Origin: Orbicella franksi
Taxonomy: Eukaryota
Reading direction: 5' to 3'
Assembly: GCA_964199315.1 (NCBI GenBank)
Contig: OZ116707.1
Location: forward strand, 7,502,001-7,566,000
DNA length: 64,000 nt
The notes under the pieces were generated by a model, which was given only the letters and a program-made list of their open reading frames with translations, was not told where the DNA came from and made no database searches. Positions 1 through 12,490 of this stretch are shown piece after piece. Positions within the stretch are counted from its first letter, which is position 1. Every line of letters starts with the position of its first letter. The position numbers and the translations under genes are program-made.

Positions 1-71
1 AACCAATGAAGGGATTGACACTTCATTATACAAAATTAATTTTCCTCTTTTTTTTTTTACTGTCATATTCA

Positions 72-790
72 AAGATGGTTACAACTTGGCAGAACCACTC
101 CCTGAAATTTGTTCTGATTCAGACCAGGAGACCTCCATCCACACTTAAGGATGCAAGAGTTCTTCCCACCAGTTCAGCACAAACAGGGGAAAGCACTACT
201 GCTGCTGCACCAACTGTACCTTTGTTGCCATGTGCTAGCCAACATTCATTGACTGGGTTGTTCATTGGACTGCCATCACAAGCAGGTCACAACTCCTCTT
301 ATTTGTCTGGGATTATAGAGTGGACTTTCACTTAATCACAATCAGAAATTGAGGGTAGAACTGGCAGTAATGCTTGTGTCTTTGTTACCTTGTACATGGC
401 GAAACTAGGTTCTAAACAAAATTTGTCCTGGCCTACTAGTGACTCTCTAACAGAGTCTTGGCAAAGATCTCTTGGGGAAACGAAGATTAAAGGAAACAAA
501 ATTCATGATGATCTGTTTGACCATAATGCAACAAAGTTTACTGTTGATGATGCTGTTTCCATGATAAGAGAAGGATGTGGGGCTCGAAAACTTGGACAGA
601 TCAATATCTTTGGCGCAAATTCAGTAAATCAGTTAGCCAATGTTCTGGTACCAGAGGCCCAGAATTTGTCATCCCAATCATTTAGTGTTATTGTTTTATA
701 TGCCTGTACTTTTCTTGTTGCAGTGATCCCTGACCAGTCTGCAATGCTTATTGACTCACACAGTCATGGAAGCAGGGGGCCATCATAGCT
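72..790 (+). pseudogene. Relic of a putative papain-fold cysteine peptidase (Cys...D-x-H type, herpes tegument DUB/peptidase C76-like)
   Basis: ORFs 6..335 and 390..788 are in the same frame, separated by one TAA at 333-335. Read-through gives IIEWTFT*SQSEIEGRTGSNACVFVTLY...MLIDSHSHG. The same motif set recurs at 37752-38657. The fold assignment is inference. Confidence 0.5.
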
Positions 791-1539
791 TACAAGCAGA
801 AAGGAAATATTTAAGGTTTGTTTGCTCAAAAATGTGCTGCAGTGTTAGTTATTCTGTTCCAGGTTAATTGTTCCTCAACCTCTTCAAATGCAGCATCTGG
901 TATTTCAAGCTCAGTGAGTTAAGTTATGTTATGTCCTGAGTTGCTTTGGCTTGAAAACTTTCGTTTTCTGGAAAAAGATGACTTAACACAAACAGCAGAA
1001 GTGTGTTTTGGAGTTTCTGGAAATTTAAAATTGCCATAATTTGGAAAAAAGCTCCATTTTCCACATCAAAAGCACTTTACCCTACCTGGAAAGTGTAAAA
1101 ATCTCTGGAAAACAAAATGTTTTGATTCCAACTGTCTCAACAGCCTATGCCCCGGATAAGAAAAATGTTTTGAACTTCACTTTGTCTACTGGGGAAGTGA
1201 GGTTCTGATTTTACTTGTCCACACCTCAAGTCTAGTTGTTCTTGGATGAAGAGTATTGTAGAGTAAAATCCAAGGTCTAAATGATTCATGAAAATAAATA
1301 TGAATCATAAATTTAACACTTTATATTTTAGAACTCAAATAACAAATAGTGCATTACTAAAGTAAAAAAATAATGAACAAAGATAAACCGTTTTAAGCGA
1401 TCATAAGCACTTTCTTCTAGTATTTTTTGAACTTCGAAGTTTGACTTTGCAACCTGAAAGGGGGTCTGTTTTGCATGTGGCTGAAACACTCATCTTACAA
1501 AGGATGTGACATTGTTAGTGGTTCCGAAGATGATAGTGT

Positions 1540-1890
1540 CATGGTGGATAAGAGAGGAAAGAAAGGTGGATCGAACTATTGTGCTGCTTGTGGCTCCAAT
1601 AAAGTCAATTGCTCCTAGAATTTCCATGCATCACTTTCCCTAAGAAGAAAGATTATGTCAGAAGTGAACTGATTTGTGCCCATAAATTGAAAACATCTTG
1701 TGCAAAAGAAGTTATCATGCTTGTGTTCTGTCCATTTTGATGATGCTTGTTTGAACACAAGCCAGTGTCCTAAATGGATGGAACTGGACAAGGCATTGAG
1801 TTAAAAAACAGCAGATAAAATGTTCAGCTCCATCAAGGGCTACAGTTGTGCCCTATACATCTCCTCTGAAAGACCAAGAGCTGTGAAGAG
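1540..1890 (+). pseudogene. Degenerate THAP zinc-finger exon of a Kolobok-like transposase
   Basis: Manual translation gives YCAACGSNKVNC...SMHHFP...and SCLCSVHFDDAC, the THAP C2CH signature (C-x-C...FP...W...LCSxHF), with stops and frameshifts. Confidence 0.65.
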
Positions 1891-2001
1891 TAAGCAAAGT
1901 TTATAATTATTCTATCTTCAGTTAATCACATGTGGCATTGTTTTGCATTTAGTTGATGTAATGCACTCAAACAAATTCACAAAAAAGTTTACTTCATCTC
2001 A

Positions 2002-2854
2002 TAGCCTGTGTAGCTGGTGGGATTTCACACACAAGTACTTTTGCTTTTGCGGCAAAGCTGTGAAGCCACGAGGGGATTAGTGAGGAGTCAAGTCGAGTTC
2101 CCCCCTGCCATAATTTGTGGGATTTTTTTATTATGCATTTGCCAGTGCACATAAATTTAGGATTGGCTGAGACTACTGAAATGTCAAATGTTAATCAGTA
2201 CCTCTCATCTATCCCAGGAGAAAAGGTCAAAAGGTTTGTTTTCATATGCAGATTTGCAAAATGAAGAATGTGAAGAAAAACATGGAGGAAGCTTTGGATT
2301 GTTTAAATATCCGCACAGAAAGCAGGTAAAATTATACTAAAGGCAGAACAGGAGGGAGCTGTGAGAGAGTTGATTTTGGGGAATGATGTCTTAGCAATGC
2401 TGTGCAAGGGCTTTGGCAAAAGCATGATCTACGCGATCTTTACCTTTGCGAGGCAAAAAATGTGATCAGTGAAGACTTGCTTACTGGTTATCTCACCACT
2501 TAAAAGCCTTATCAAAGATGAAATTGTAGAAACAGACTCACTAGGCTGCACAGCTTTCGAACTAAAAAGTGACCATGTCGAATTAGTCGTAAAAGATCCA
2601 CCACAAATTTGTTTTCTGCCCAGCAGAGACGGTAATAGATAAACCTCAAATTTCATATTACAGTTCATTCTCTGATTGGCTCATTAATCAAAGGTGATAA
2701 AAGTGGGCGGTAAGCAAAAGGCATAACAAAGAAGGCAGGCGAGAATTTCACGAGCAGCAAAGCCGCTCACGATGCAGCTTTGCCACCAGAGCTCAAATGG
2801 CCGCTTTGCCACCAGAGCTGACACGCTTGTGAATCCCACCAGCTATGCAGACTA
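2002..2854 (+). mobile_element. Non-autonomous AcademH-like DNA transposon with a RecQ-helicase N-terminal relic
   Basis: Terminal inverted repeats (TIRs) of about 26 bp: tagcctgtgtagctggtgggatttcac and gtgaatcccaccagctatgcagacta (TAG...CTA ends). Flanks ttcatctca (1993-2001) and ttcaattca (2855-2863) match 7/9, a plausible target-site duplication (TSD). The interior (about 2330-2640) translates to NDVLAMLCKGFGKSMIY...LLVISPLKSLIKDEI, RecQ motifs I and Ia. Confidence 0.75.
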
Positions 2855-4933
2855 TTCAATTCACAAATCGTTTAAGACATATTTCATCACTAAAATCATG
2901 AACTAAAACAGACAGGGTCAATGAAATACATCTCATATTGAAACACAATTACAGCTGTATGCTTGAATATTTTCAGTGGTGTACACATACACTTTTGGTT
3001 TCATAGAATTCTGAAGACAAATAAATAAATGGTTTGTTATATGAATTACTTCTTTTATACTACACTGTAATTCCTACTAATAACACATGTTTTTTGAGCA
3101 TGTATTTTTTTTTTTGCAATAACGTTACTGGGTAAAGAAAACTTTCTTCACCATTTTTACCATTTTGAATTTGGAAAATAGGCGATATTCTCTTTTCTAG
3201 CACTTAAGAAGAAATTGCCTTTTTGTATTAACAGTTTCCCACTCTGATGGCTTATGGATAAAAATGTATGATTCGTGTAACTGACTTTCCAGATCTCCAG
3301 AGAGGTTATGAATAACCCTCCCAGCAAGAAACTAAAGTTCAGTGCCACATCAACATGCAGCACCACTGACACTGACAGAGAGCACACATCTTAGCCCAAG
3401 CACATCTTTGTATACAATGTTTTCAGCATCACCTTCCCCTAGTTCCAGCACACCAACCTGTGCCTCCTCTAACACTCCTGAGTGAGGCTACTTCTGACCT
3501 TACCCCCAGTTGTCTAGTCACACCAGTGCACCCTGGTAGTTGTAAAGGCCATGAAAAGTATTCAAAGAAAATGCAATCACTGTCAAAGAAGCATAACCAG
3601 CTTAAAAGAAGTATATCAAAGTAGAAAACAAGTTGAAGGTGTTGCAAAGTGTTCAGGTTCATTTCGGTTTATTTTCTTTTTTTTTCAGTAAGTTGGTCAG
3701 TGTGATGAATACCGGTACTATCCTGGACAGGTGTACAAACAAAATGAAGACCTACTTGAATATTGTTTGCCTTTTTCCCACAAATTAGGATACAAAGAGA
3801 GATGGAGGATAAGGAGTTTGCTGTAGAGATGGAAGAGGTCAGGGAGAATGTAGAAAATGAAGTGAAGGACATTGACTGGGCCTCACATGAAGATAGTCCA
3901 CCATAAACAGAAAATTACTCTTCACAAAGTGACAGAGTGTGATGAAAAGATTTCCAACAACACAGTGAGGTAAACCTATTTGTAGTCATCACTTTTGCTA
4001 ACCCTTAAATACGCTGGCAGCGGAAACATAAGCATGGATACACGTACATATATAGAGGCAAGGGTAAAAGACAGACTTTTGAAAGAAAATCAAATAGGAA
4101 TGTGTTGCATCCACAAAAGCCTAACAGGTTGACGAGGATCCTTGTCCACAAGGGGGGCACAATTGGCCCAGCAGGAATCACCTTTAAATATCATGGTAGC
4201 TTGTAGCTGTATTTTGCATTTCAGGGTACCCTGCTGGAAATGTCCTACTAAACTTCAGTGTCCTCATAGCTGAAGCATCTATTAGTAAGACTGTCTTGGT
4301 AATCAAGTACATGGGCCTCTCAGCTTTCAGTGAAAGGACATTCTTTTTCCACCAAAAGAATTTTCTGTTTCCCGCTGTCCTTAACTACTGGGAGTGTTAT
4401 CAGGCAGCCCTCATCAAGAAGATTGAGAACAGGAAGGGTGCTGGCTGGAGTGGGTATGGGACCTTTGATTCTGGGCCACAGTGCCAAATTTGGTGTTTAT
4501 ACCATGTTCTGTAATACCATTTTTAAGGTGGTACATTTTCAACTTCTTCAGGTACATTGAGTTGAAAGGAATGGACAACTGAGCAAGATTTTTTCTCAAC
4601 ATTAGGTTGGACAGGAATTATTTTGTGATTTTTTTCCATGTGTTTATGTTGTGTTACTAGCTTTGTACAATTTTCTGGAAATCAAAATATAATTGTTAAT
4701 CCCTAAGTTGGGAAGGGTAGTATAGCTGTAGAGCCTCTTCAGGGAATAAGGTGCAAATGGTGATCACAATAACAGGCCTTGTTCTTATTGAGTGATCACA
4801 GGAAATATGCCCATCAATAGAGCAAGGAGGCTTGCGAAGATTCTTCATATTCATAAAAATTTGATTGGTCAAGATACATGAATTCCATGCCCATGATTTC
4901 CTACTTGCTTTTCTTGTCCATTTATGACTAAAG

Positions 4934-5147
4934 ATACATTTTCATTGTTAATATGTTCAACACTGGAGTCTGTACTTACTGTTGGATTGCTATATCATGG
5001 TCACCCTATTTATTTATAATTTATTATAGACAACTGACTAAACATACATTTTCATCTGTTAATACATTCAACACAGGAGTCTGTACTTACTGTTGGATTG
5101 CTATATCATGGTCACCCTATTTATTTATAATTTATTATAGACAACTG
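4934..5147 (+). repeat. Tandem duplication of about 110 bp covering an intron 3' end and splice acceptor
   Basis: atacattttca...ttattatagacaactga occurs at 4934 and again at 5044. Confidence 0.9.
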
Positions 5148-5310
5148 AGACTGGTGGCATTTACCAATGGAGCTGGAGGGAGCTAAGTGTACATTTTCCC
5201 ATCTCCAATAAGTTGGTCTTGCTGTTGTAGTATTCAATGCAGATTGCCACAGGAGAATTGCCCAGTAGATACAGGGAAGACAGCCTGATTGTGCCAATTA
5301 CTTTGACATC

Positions 5311-6467
5311 GAATCGTAAACAGAGTCATGGTTGATGGAAAATGTTCTAGCTGGCTGAATATTCCATCTGGCGTGCTGCAGGGGTCCATTTTGGGTCCCC
5401 AATTTTTTATTGTTTTCATCAGTGATCTGCCTGAGGTGGTCAGTCAAGAAAGTTCTGTGGCACTATATGCAGATGACTGCAGGATGTTTAGGGTGGTAAA
5501 CTGTCCAAGTGATCTAACGATGCTTCAAGATGATCTAGATAGTTTGTGCACCTGGAGTCAACACAACAAGATGACCTTCAATGTTAAGAAATGCAAGTTG
5601 ATGCGCATTACCCAGAAGAAACAACCATTCAGATCTAGTTTCACCCTGAATGAATCGCTCATAGAGGAAGTTTATGAGTTCCACGACCTTGGTTTGCTTA
5701 CTAACCATCATCTTTCTTGGAACTCTCATGTAGATGCCATTACAAATAAAGCTAATAGAATTTTAGGCCTACTTAGAAGAACTTTTAGAGGTTGGAAGGA
5801 CATCGAAACCTTGAAGGTGCTGTATTGCACATTGGTGAGATCGCAAGTGGAATATGGATCAGTTGTGTGGTCACCACACACTGCAAGAAACATTGACAAG
5901 CTTGAGCACATACAGCGGAGGGGAACAAAATTTATTCTCGGAAAACGGAATTTTACCTATGACGAGCGCCTGAAATGTCTTAATCTGCTTTTGCTTGAAA
6001 AGGGGCGACATCTGTTTGATGTCACATTTTTGTATAAGGCTTTAAATGGATACTTGAATGTGGATGTATTTCCGTTTCTGAACTTTTATTCTCAAGATGA
6101 TGCGCATAGGTTTAGACATGTTGATGACTACTCCTTGAGAACAACTTTTGCTAGAACGACTACTTTTAAAAACACTTATTTTAATAGAATTGTTGAGATG
6201 TGGAATTTGATACCCTTAGATATTAGGTTATCTCCTAGTTGTGCAGTTTTTAAGTCAGGAATGAAGAAGTTTTTAAGTGAGGAATGAGTATTTGATTTAA
6301 TTTTTTTTTTCTTGATTGTTATTACATGATTACTTATTTAGATTAGCTACATGGTGATCTGTCTTGCATGGAGTGTTCCACTCTTTTACAGATTATCCTT
6401 ATGGCTTTGCTTGTTTGTGTATGCCTTTAGACTTAGATTTTAATTGCCATTAAATTGTAATAAATAA
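5311..6467 (+). mobile_element. 5'-truncated CR1/L2-group LINE (reverse transcriptase (RT) C-terminal part, 3' UTR, TAAA tail)
   Basis: ORF 5328..6287 has SGVLQGSILGP and LYADD RT motifs and YCTLVRSQVEYGSVVWSP. It ends in aataaataa and is flanked by ATC on both sides (5308-5310, 6468-6470). Confidence 0.93.
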
Positions 6468-6705
6468 ATCTGGCACATGGGTAGATTAAAGACAATGCTG
6501 CACCTGGGCAAAGGGAATTGCTGTGAGAAAATAGCTGACTGGGTAAACGAAGTATGCAACCATCTCTACTGGTGTGCCACATCCACCAAGGAGGGCTTCC
6601 AGGAGATGATGACAGCCAAATGGAAATCTTTTATGGAGCATGTTGCCAACAAACATGACAATCGTCCGTCTTCACTTTTCAAGAAGTGTGCAAATGAGGA
6701 GATTG

Positions 6706-8200
6706 TGGAGATTTCTGTTTTGTCTGGTTGGCCCCTTGTAGAGCAGTAGACAAGACATCACTACATTTCCTGAGCTGGATAGACAATGGACGAGAATTGT
6801 AATGCTGGAGACTATTCGGGTTTCTGTGTCCCGAAATGTGGCAGATGTGGCAATCTGACAAACCGGCTTGAGACCACAAGGTTATCGCTGTCGCCCGAAC
6901 ACAGTGATTTGTGTAAACTTTGGAAAGCTTGGCCTTTGTACTTATTTCTTTCATCATGTTTCCAAGAGTGTTGACACCAAGCGGGCGGTTTTTGTACCAG
7001 ATTTCGGGTGTGATGGCGGATTCATTCCAGTCGCGTCGAGGTTGCTGAAATAAGGCTTCGCATTTCGGATTCAGCTTGGAGATATACAAGCTCAGCGCTC
7101 GGTAGCCGTCGTTCTCACTCTCTGTTTTGTACATACGAGCCGTCTTCTCAAAGCTGGATCGGTCTTGAAGTCCACCGGGATGGTTTTTGGTGGTCTTGTC
7201 GTGGGTCATAGTAACGTAGTGCTTGCCTTGCTCGTCTACTTCAAATGCAAAACTCGTCGGCTTCAAATTTCTCTGCCCTTCACGACCTCTTCTACACCAG
7301 TAGAGAACAACATGGAACCACACGTTTCTCAGCAAAGACCATGGATTTGCAAGGCTTAATACTGGACCAGCTTTCAATTTCTGCAAGTCGTCAACTGGCA
7401 TGGCCTCTTTGTGCTGCACATTTTCCTTCCCTTGCTGTTTCAGGCTCTTAATTTTGGCGTTCAGCATACGGTTGGAATTTGAAAACGTTGAAGAATTTAG
7501 CTTCAAACTTCTGTTATAAGGTGGGTTGTTCAAATGCCTCTCTATTGCATTTCTGAACGTAATTAAGGATGACTTGCTGTACTCTTCACCCGTTTTGCTT
7601 CGTGCTTCTGTATAAAACTGTGACAGACTGTTGTCAAGTTGTTCGTCGCTCATTTCCTCTAGTTTTGGCAGCACAGGAACTTTTTGTGCACCCCATTCTA
7701 GGAAAAGAAAACATTTTTTCCAACTCAGCCTTTAAGTGTTGCAAGCGTATTTCGAGTGGTTAACTGTTAAATGATATACGCAACAGCTGCTAGAAAACAT
7801 TTAATTGTATAAACAAGTGAAATGTTGCTTTTTGTTGACAAAGATGTAGATAAGCCAGTATAACTCATTATTTAGGAAGCATTGTAATATGCTTTTTTCG
7901 TCATTCTGCCTTTTAAATTAAAACAGGTTTTAAGTTTTAGTGTTTGAGATGTGTATTGGATTGTAGTCATGTTTACGTAAATTCATACCTTTGAAAGCGT
8001 TTACTGCCCAATTTGTCGAGCTCTTCGTAGACTTTGCTTGCGTTTCCACCAAAAGCCAGTTTCTCTCCGCTTCTGTCAGTTCTGCAAACCGTTTTTTCTT
8101 TGGAACAGGTGCCTATTTTGAGACTCCTTAACGCTGCTACTTTTCTCGGCGTTCAGGAATTCGAACCCGAGTTGAAACCGTGGAAATTCTTCAGCCATAA
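6706..8200 (-). CDS. Crypton-type tyrosine recombinase (DUF3504-like), probably two exons
   Basis: ORF 6679..7674 carries all catalytic positions: RRGRE (R), TKNHPG (K), NHCVR (HxxR), SGH (H/W) and QHY (Y). An upstream exon near 8040-8200 reads MAEEFPRF...RFAELTEAEK with a frameshift. The 3' end runs into the Kolobok relic at about 6706. Confidence 0.88.
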
Positions 8201-8389
8201 TGGCGGATGGACTAGCTGATTCTCAGATTTTGTCCAGGGCAAAATTTTCGTGACGTAGCTTGCGTGCATATGTTGAGTTATAATGCACGCGCGTGACGTA
8301 AGCAGAGTGCTTTATGGAGCTATAATGAACTCGAACTGACCAATCACAGCGCGTGCAATTACTCAAACATTTTATAACGTTTCTATCAT

Positions 8390-9324
8390 ATCAGATCTGC
8401 AATTTAAAATTGCAGATAAATACCTGAGTGCTGAACTAAAACAGCTTAAAGCTCAAGGCTTTGCAAAAGTTCAACATCATCCATCTATCTCTCCCAAAGA
8501 CATCCAAAAGTACTACAAGACAAAAGTTTTCAGTAACAAAACCAATAAGTTTACTTTGCATGAACTGGTTCAACATCAGCCTTCACTTTTGTTGCCATGG
8601 AAGGGAAAATCTTTGATCCTTAACACCAGATAGTTTTGTCATTAAGAAAGATCCAAATGACGGTGAATATGTGGAGATGTCTATTAGTGAAAAAAGGAAA
8701 AACCACCAAGCAGTATCAGAGATAAAACAGATGAAAGTGATCCAAAAATGTTCAGCACTGGAATGTCAAAATGTCCTGTGAAATATTTCAAAAAGTTTCA
8801 GAGTGTCCTAAATCCTAACCAAACTGCATTGCTTCAGAAACCAAAGATAAATTTTCTCTCTAGCATCAAGATATGGTTTGAAAATTCACCGAGTGAATAA
8901 ACTGGGTGGCATGATGAAAGAAGTATTACTTGCTGCAAGCTTGGGCAAAGTCTACACAAACCATTCTGTTAGATCTACAACCATCTCTGCTCTAGATGAA
9001 GCTGGAGAACCCATTCACTGAATTGTGCAGACTTCAGGCCACAGAAGGGAGAGTAGTGTTAAGTCATATTGTGATAGACTAAGCGTGGAAAAGAACAAAG
9101 AATCCTCCAATATTCTTGCTAGAGTTGGTCGTGATTCCACTCCGAAGGAGTCTACGTCCGGCACAGTAGTTGCTGTGAGTAACATCAAAAATCTTGCACA
9201 AAACAGTCAAAACCACAATGTACAGAATGTAGTGGCTAATTTAAACCATTCTCCAACGCTTAACTTCCTTTTACGTGCAGAATTCAAAGACTGTCAAACT
9301 AACATAAACATTACAAAAAAGTAA
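8390..9324 (+). pseudogene. Second, degenerate Crypton-type tyrosine recombinase
   Basis: Manual translation gives LSAELKQLKAQGFAKVQHHPSI...CHGRENL*...KNHQ...CPVKYF...YTNHSVRSTTI...TSGHRRESSVKSY, with several stops and frameshifts. Confidence 0.82.
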
Positions 9325-9984
9325 GTTGATTAGCTTATGTTTGTTTCAAACCTATTGCAATAGAGACACTGAGTAAGACATTATGCTGATTATATCTTTT
9401 AGGAAAGTCATTTTAAAATTTTTGAAGTCATTCAGTGTTTATTTAACTACCATGTTCATGTATTTTTGGATATATTTTGTAAAAACTATGATTAATTTTT
9501 TGTCATCTTTGAAATGTATTAAATTTAAAATCAACATTTTGTCTGGTTTACCAAGTATATAGTTGTTTCAGGGCAGTGTTTCTTTGTGCAGTGTATTCAA
9601 TTTGAATAATATAAATGTTAACGCACTCTTTGCTCATGAATTATCGGGATTTACCTGTACTCGTTCACTAACAATGAAGTCTAAATTTTCAATACCGCAA
9701 TCAGCAAAGCCTCGTGTGGTACTGAAATTTCTCATTCATTGTTAGTGAATTATTGCAGGTAAATCCTGATAATTCACTTGCTGTGTGCATTAACCTGTAA
9801 TTAATCAATTATGGTTAACTTGGTTACCAAAATATCACGATGCAGTCTCTAATTTTGGCACTTCATTGAACTTAAACCGTGCTAACAGCTACCATGTAAA
9901 ATAAATTGAAGAACAATAGATTTTGATAACAATGGGGTGACAGCTTGGCACAACTCCCATCCATGTGTAATAGCCAGTTAAAGC

Positions 9985-10320
9985 ATTGCTTTAATGAGTA
10001 TATCCTTTAAGGATTTGCCCCTTTTGTACGAGACAAAAGGGGATCTTTGAATATTCTTCTAAGCGATGGTTGTTGAATTAAATTCCAATTCTGCATTAGT
10101 ATTTGCTTTAAGTTAGGCACTGATGGATGATATTGTGTGACAAAAGGCAACAATTGCCTGTCTTGTTTACGTTTCTGTTGTAGGGCAGGTTTTCTCTCCT
10201 AATATAATTTCTGCTGGAGTTGTTGTAACGAGAGTTTCAGGGTACCCTCTTTCGATGAGATTTGTTTTAAATTGCAAAATAGCAGTTTTAAATGCTACAC
10301 AGTTGAGGTCAGGTTTTAGT
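9985..10320 (-). mobile_element. Penelope-like retroelement fragment (post-RT domain)
   Basis: The reverse strand reads FKTNLIERGYPETLV...(P)FVTQYHPSVPNLKQILMQNWNLIQQPSL...PFVSYKRGKSLKDIL across frameshifts. Confidence 0.65.
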
Positions 10321-10589
10321 GTCCCTGTCCCATTATTGACTATGAATGTTGTAAAGTAGCTGTGGTGGTAGTTAGACTACTTAGGGAAAGGGAGAAGGTT
10401 ATTAACTCCTTTGCATGTCTGCTAATAAATTGACAAGGAAAATTAGCTAATGAGCACACAAGAACTTCTGCAGTTATCTAGTAAAATAAGAAGCTTTCAC
10501 ATATTTCTCAAGTATTAATGAAATTGTGCACCAATAACTATTTTTTGTATTAACCTTTTAAGGAAAAGTGATATTTGTTGAATTCAGGG

Positions 10590-11200
10590 CTGTCCACAGA
10601 TTGGTAAATTGCTAAAGCAGCATAATGACCAGCTTTTAAAGTATCACAAAGGTATTACATGAACCATAATTGACCAACAGCAACATCTTTCATCTAAATC
10701 ATGCAGGTAGTGTGTCACTTGCACGTTGCCCGGTTGTGGTAAAAAGGCGCTGCACTTCGCCAAACACCTAAAAAACATCCACTTGCTAAGTGCAACAGAA
10801 CTCCTTGTGAGGTTACGGGAAAGGAAAGAAAGTAAAAGGAAAAGAGAAAGTCCCTATTTACACTATGACACTCTGAATCTAGATGAAAGTAATGAAACAG
10901 AGAGTGAAGGAAAATCTGACAAGAATTCTAATAAGGATTATGAATATACTAGTGAGGTATCGGAATCAGCTGAAGAATTAAACTAGCAAGATGTTTCACA
11001 TTTTACTGAGGGCAAGTGGTGATGAGTATCAAGTTCAATCCTACAAACAAGGTCAGCATGCTGAAATGATCTTGCAAGAATTAACTCCTGCTGAGTATTC
11101 TGAGGAAAAACTAAGATATCTTGTGCATAGTACAATGCCTGATGGTGTACGCTTCCTTCTTGTATTTCTGAAAAGAAAAAAAGTTTGGAAGGGTTCCACA
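10590..11200 (+). pseudogene. Tandem C2H2-like zinc fingers plus acidic/basic low-complexity region (copy A)
   Basis: GCPQIGKLLKQHNDQLLKYHKGIT*...VTCTLPGCGKKALHFAKHLKNIH, homologous to 32639..33247. Confidence 0.6.
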
Positions 11201-11204
11201 GGAA

Positions 11205-12490
11205 CCTGTTTTGGAAAATGGCCCCATCCGTGTAGGAGGACGTCTGAATCAAGCACCAATTGAGAATGATGCTAAACACCAAGTAATTTTCCCAAGAAAG
11301 CATCACATCATCAAGTTAATCATCAACCACTACCACCAAGCCTCTGGTCACTCTGGAGTCCAGTACACAGTCTTTGATCAGAAAGAAATATTGGATTGTT
11401 GGGCGTGATCAAGTGTTTGCAACATAGTCAGTGCATCTTTCAATTACCAGCGAGGACAAGCCCCAGTAATGCAACAGAAAATGGCAAGCCTACCAGAGGA
11501 GCGAATAACACCTTCAAAGCCACCATTCACAAATATAGAGGTCCACTGTTTTGGTCCCTTCACTGTTCATCGCGGATGGACAACTGCTAAGAGATGTGTA
11601 TTGTTTACGTGCCTGGCTATCTGTGCAGTCCATATCAAAGTGGTCTATTCTTTAGACACTGAGTCTTTCATCAACACTCTTCAACATTTCATTGCAAGGA
11701 GAGGATGCCCAGAACAAATAAGGTCAGACAACAGAGGCAACTTCGTGAAAGGTGAAAAGGAGCTACACGAAGCCCTTCAAGCATGGAATCAAGCTCAGAT
11801 TCATGACTACCAGCTACAACATGACGTCAAGTGGATATTCAACCAAAGTACGCAAGTTCTTATTGCTGTAGTTATTTGCGAAGTTGTGAATTGTTAGTCT
11901 TTTCGTTAGCACGAAAAGGTTTCATTTAGTTTATCTAGGTTTTGTTAAAATCGCTTCCACAGCTCTACTATTGCTAAGGCTTATTATTAAGTTGCTTTAT
12001 TAGTCCAATTGTCATATTACCAAATTGTGATTCTTTCATGCTACATTTAGCTGTTTTGCAAGATAGCCGTTGATATCTTCGTTTGTTATGACAAGAGTTG
12101 TTATTGTCTCAGTTTTATTACTTTCAAGTATCAATTGTCACATCTATTTGTTTCACGCTATGATCTTGTTAGTTTATTACGATCATTCTATCCTGTTAGA
12201 TTTGTATTTTATGCCTTATCTAAGCAGGACGTATTCTTAACTATCGCTTTTCAGTTCAAACCTACTTGTACGACTACTACTCCTATTCGTATCTGCAACC
12301 ACTACTTGTGATCTACTGGTTTTCACGATTTCTTCAGTTCCTATGTATTGTGAACTAGATCTATGGACTTGATCTGTCATTAAATCAGTTTGAATCTACC
12401 AAGTGAAGTTCAAATCACTTATCATCTCACACCCTGCTACCCCTGTAGTTGTTTAAGATTCGAGTAAGAAGCAACCTCTAGAATTTTTAC
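11205..12490 (+). mobile_element. BEL/Pao LTR retrotransposon remnant (integrase fragment fused to a partial LTR)
   Basis: ENGPIRVGGRL...HYHQASGHSG (integrase zinc-binding region), PPFTNIEVHCFGP, IARRGCPEQIRSDNRGNF. The sequence switches abruptly at about 11847 to T-rich LTR-like sequence ending ...tttttaca at 12490. Confidence 0.88.

Larger units (their letters stand above)
3425..6706 (+). pseudogene. Spliced, degenerate DDE transposase (Kolobok-like), interrupted by a LINE
   Basis: Exons translate to YPAGNVLLNFSVLIAEASISK...FLFPAVLNYWE...SGYGTFDS/GHSAKFGVYTMFC (about 4225-4550), PMELEGAK...VFNADCH...NYFDI (about 5140-5310) and WH...NHLYWCATST...AKWKSFMEHVANKH (6471-6706). The GDG motif has become GYG at 4455-4457. 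The superfamily call rests on THAP plus this motif set. Confidence 0.65.
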
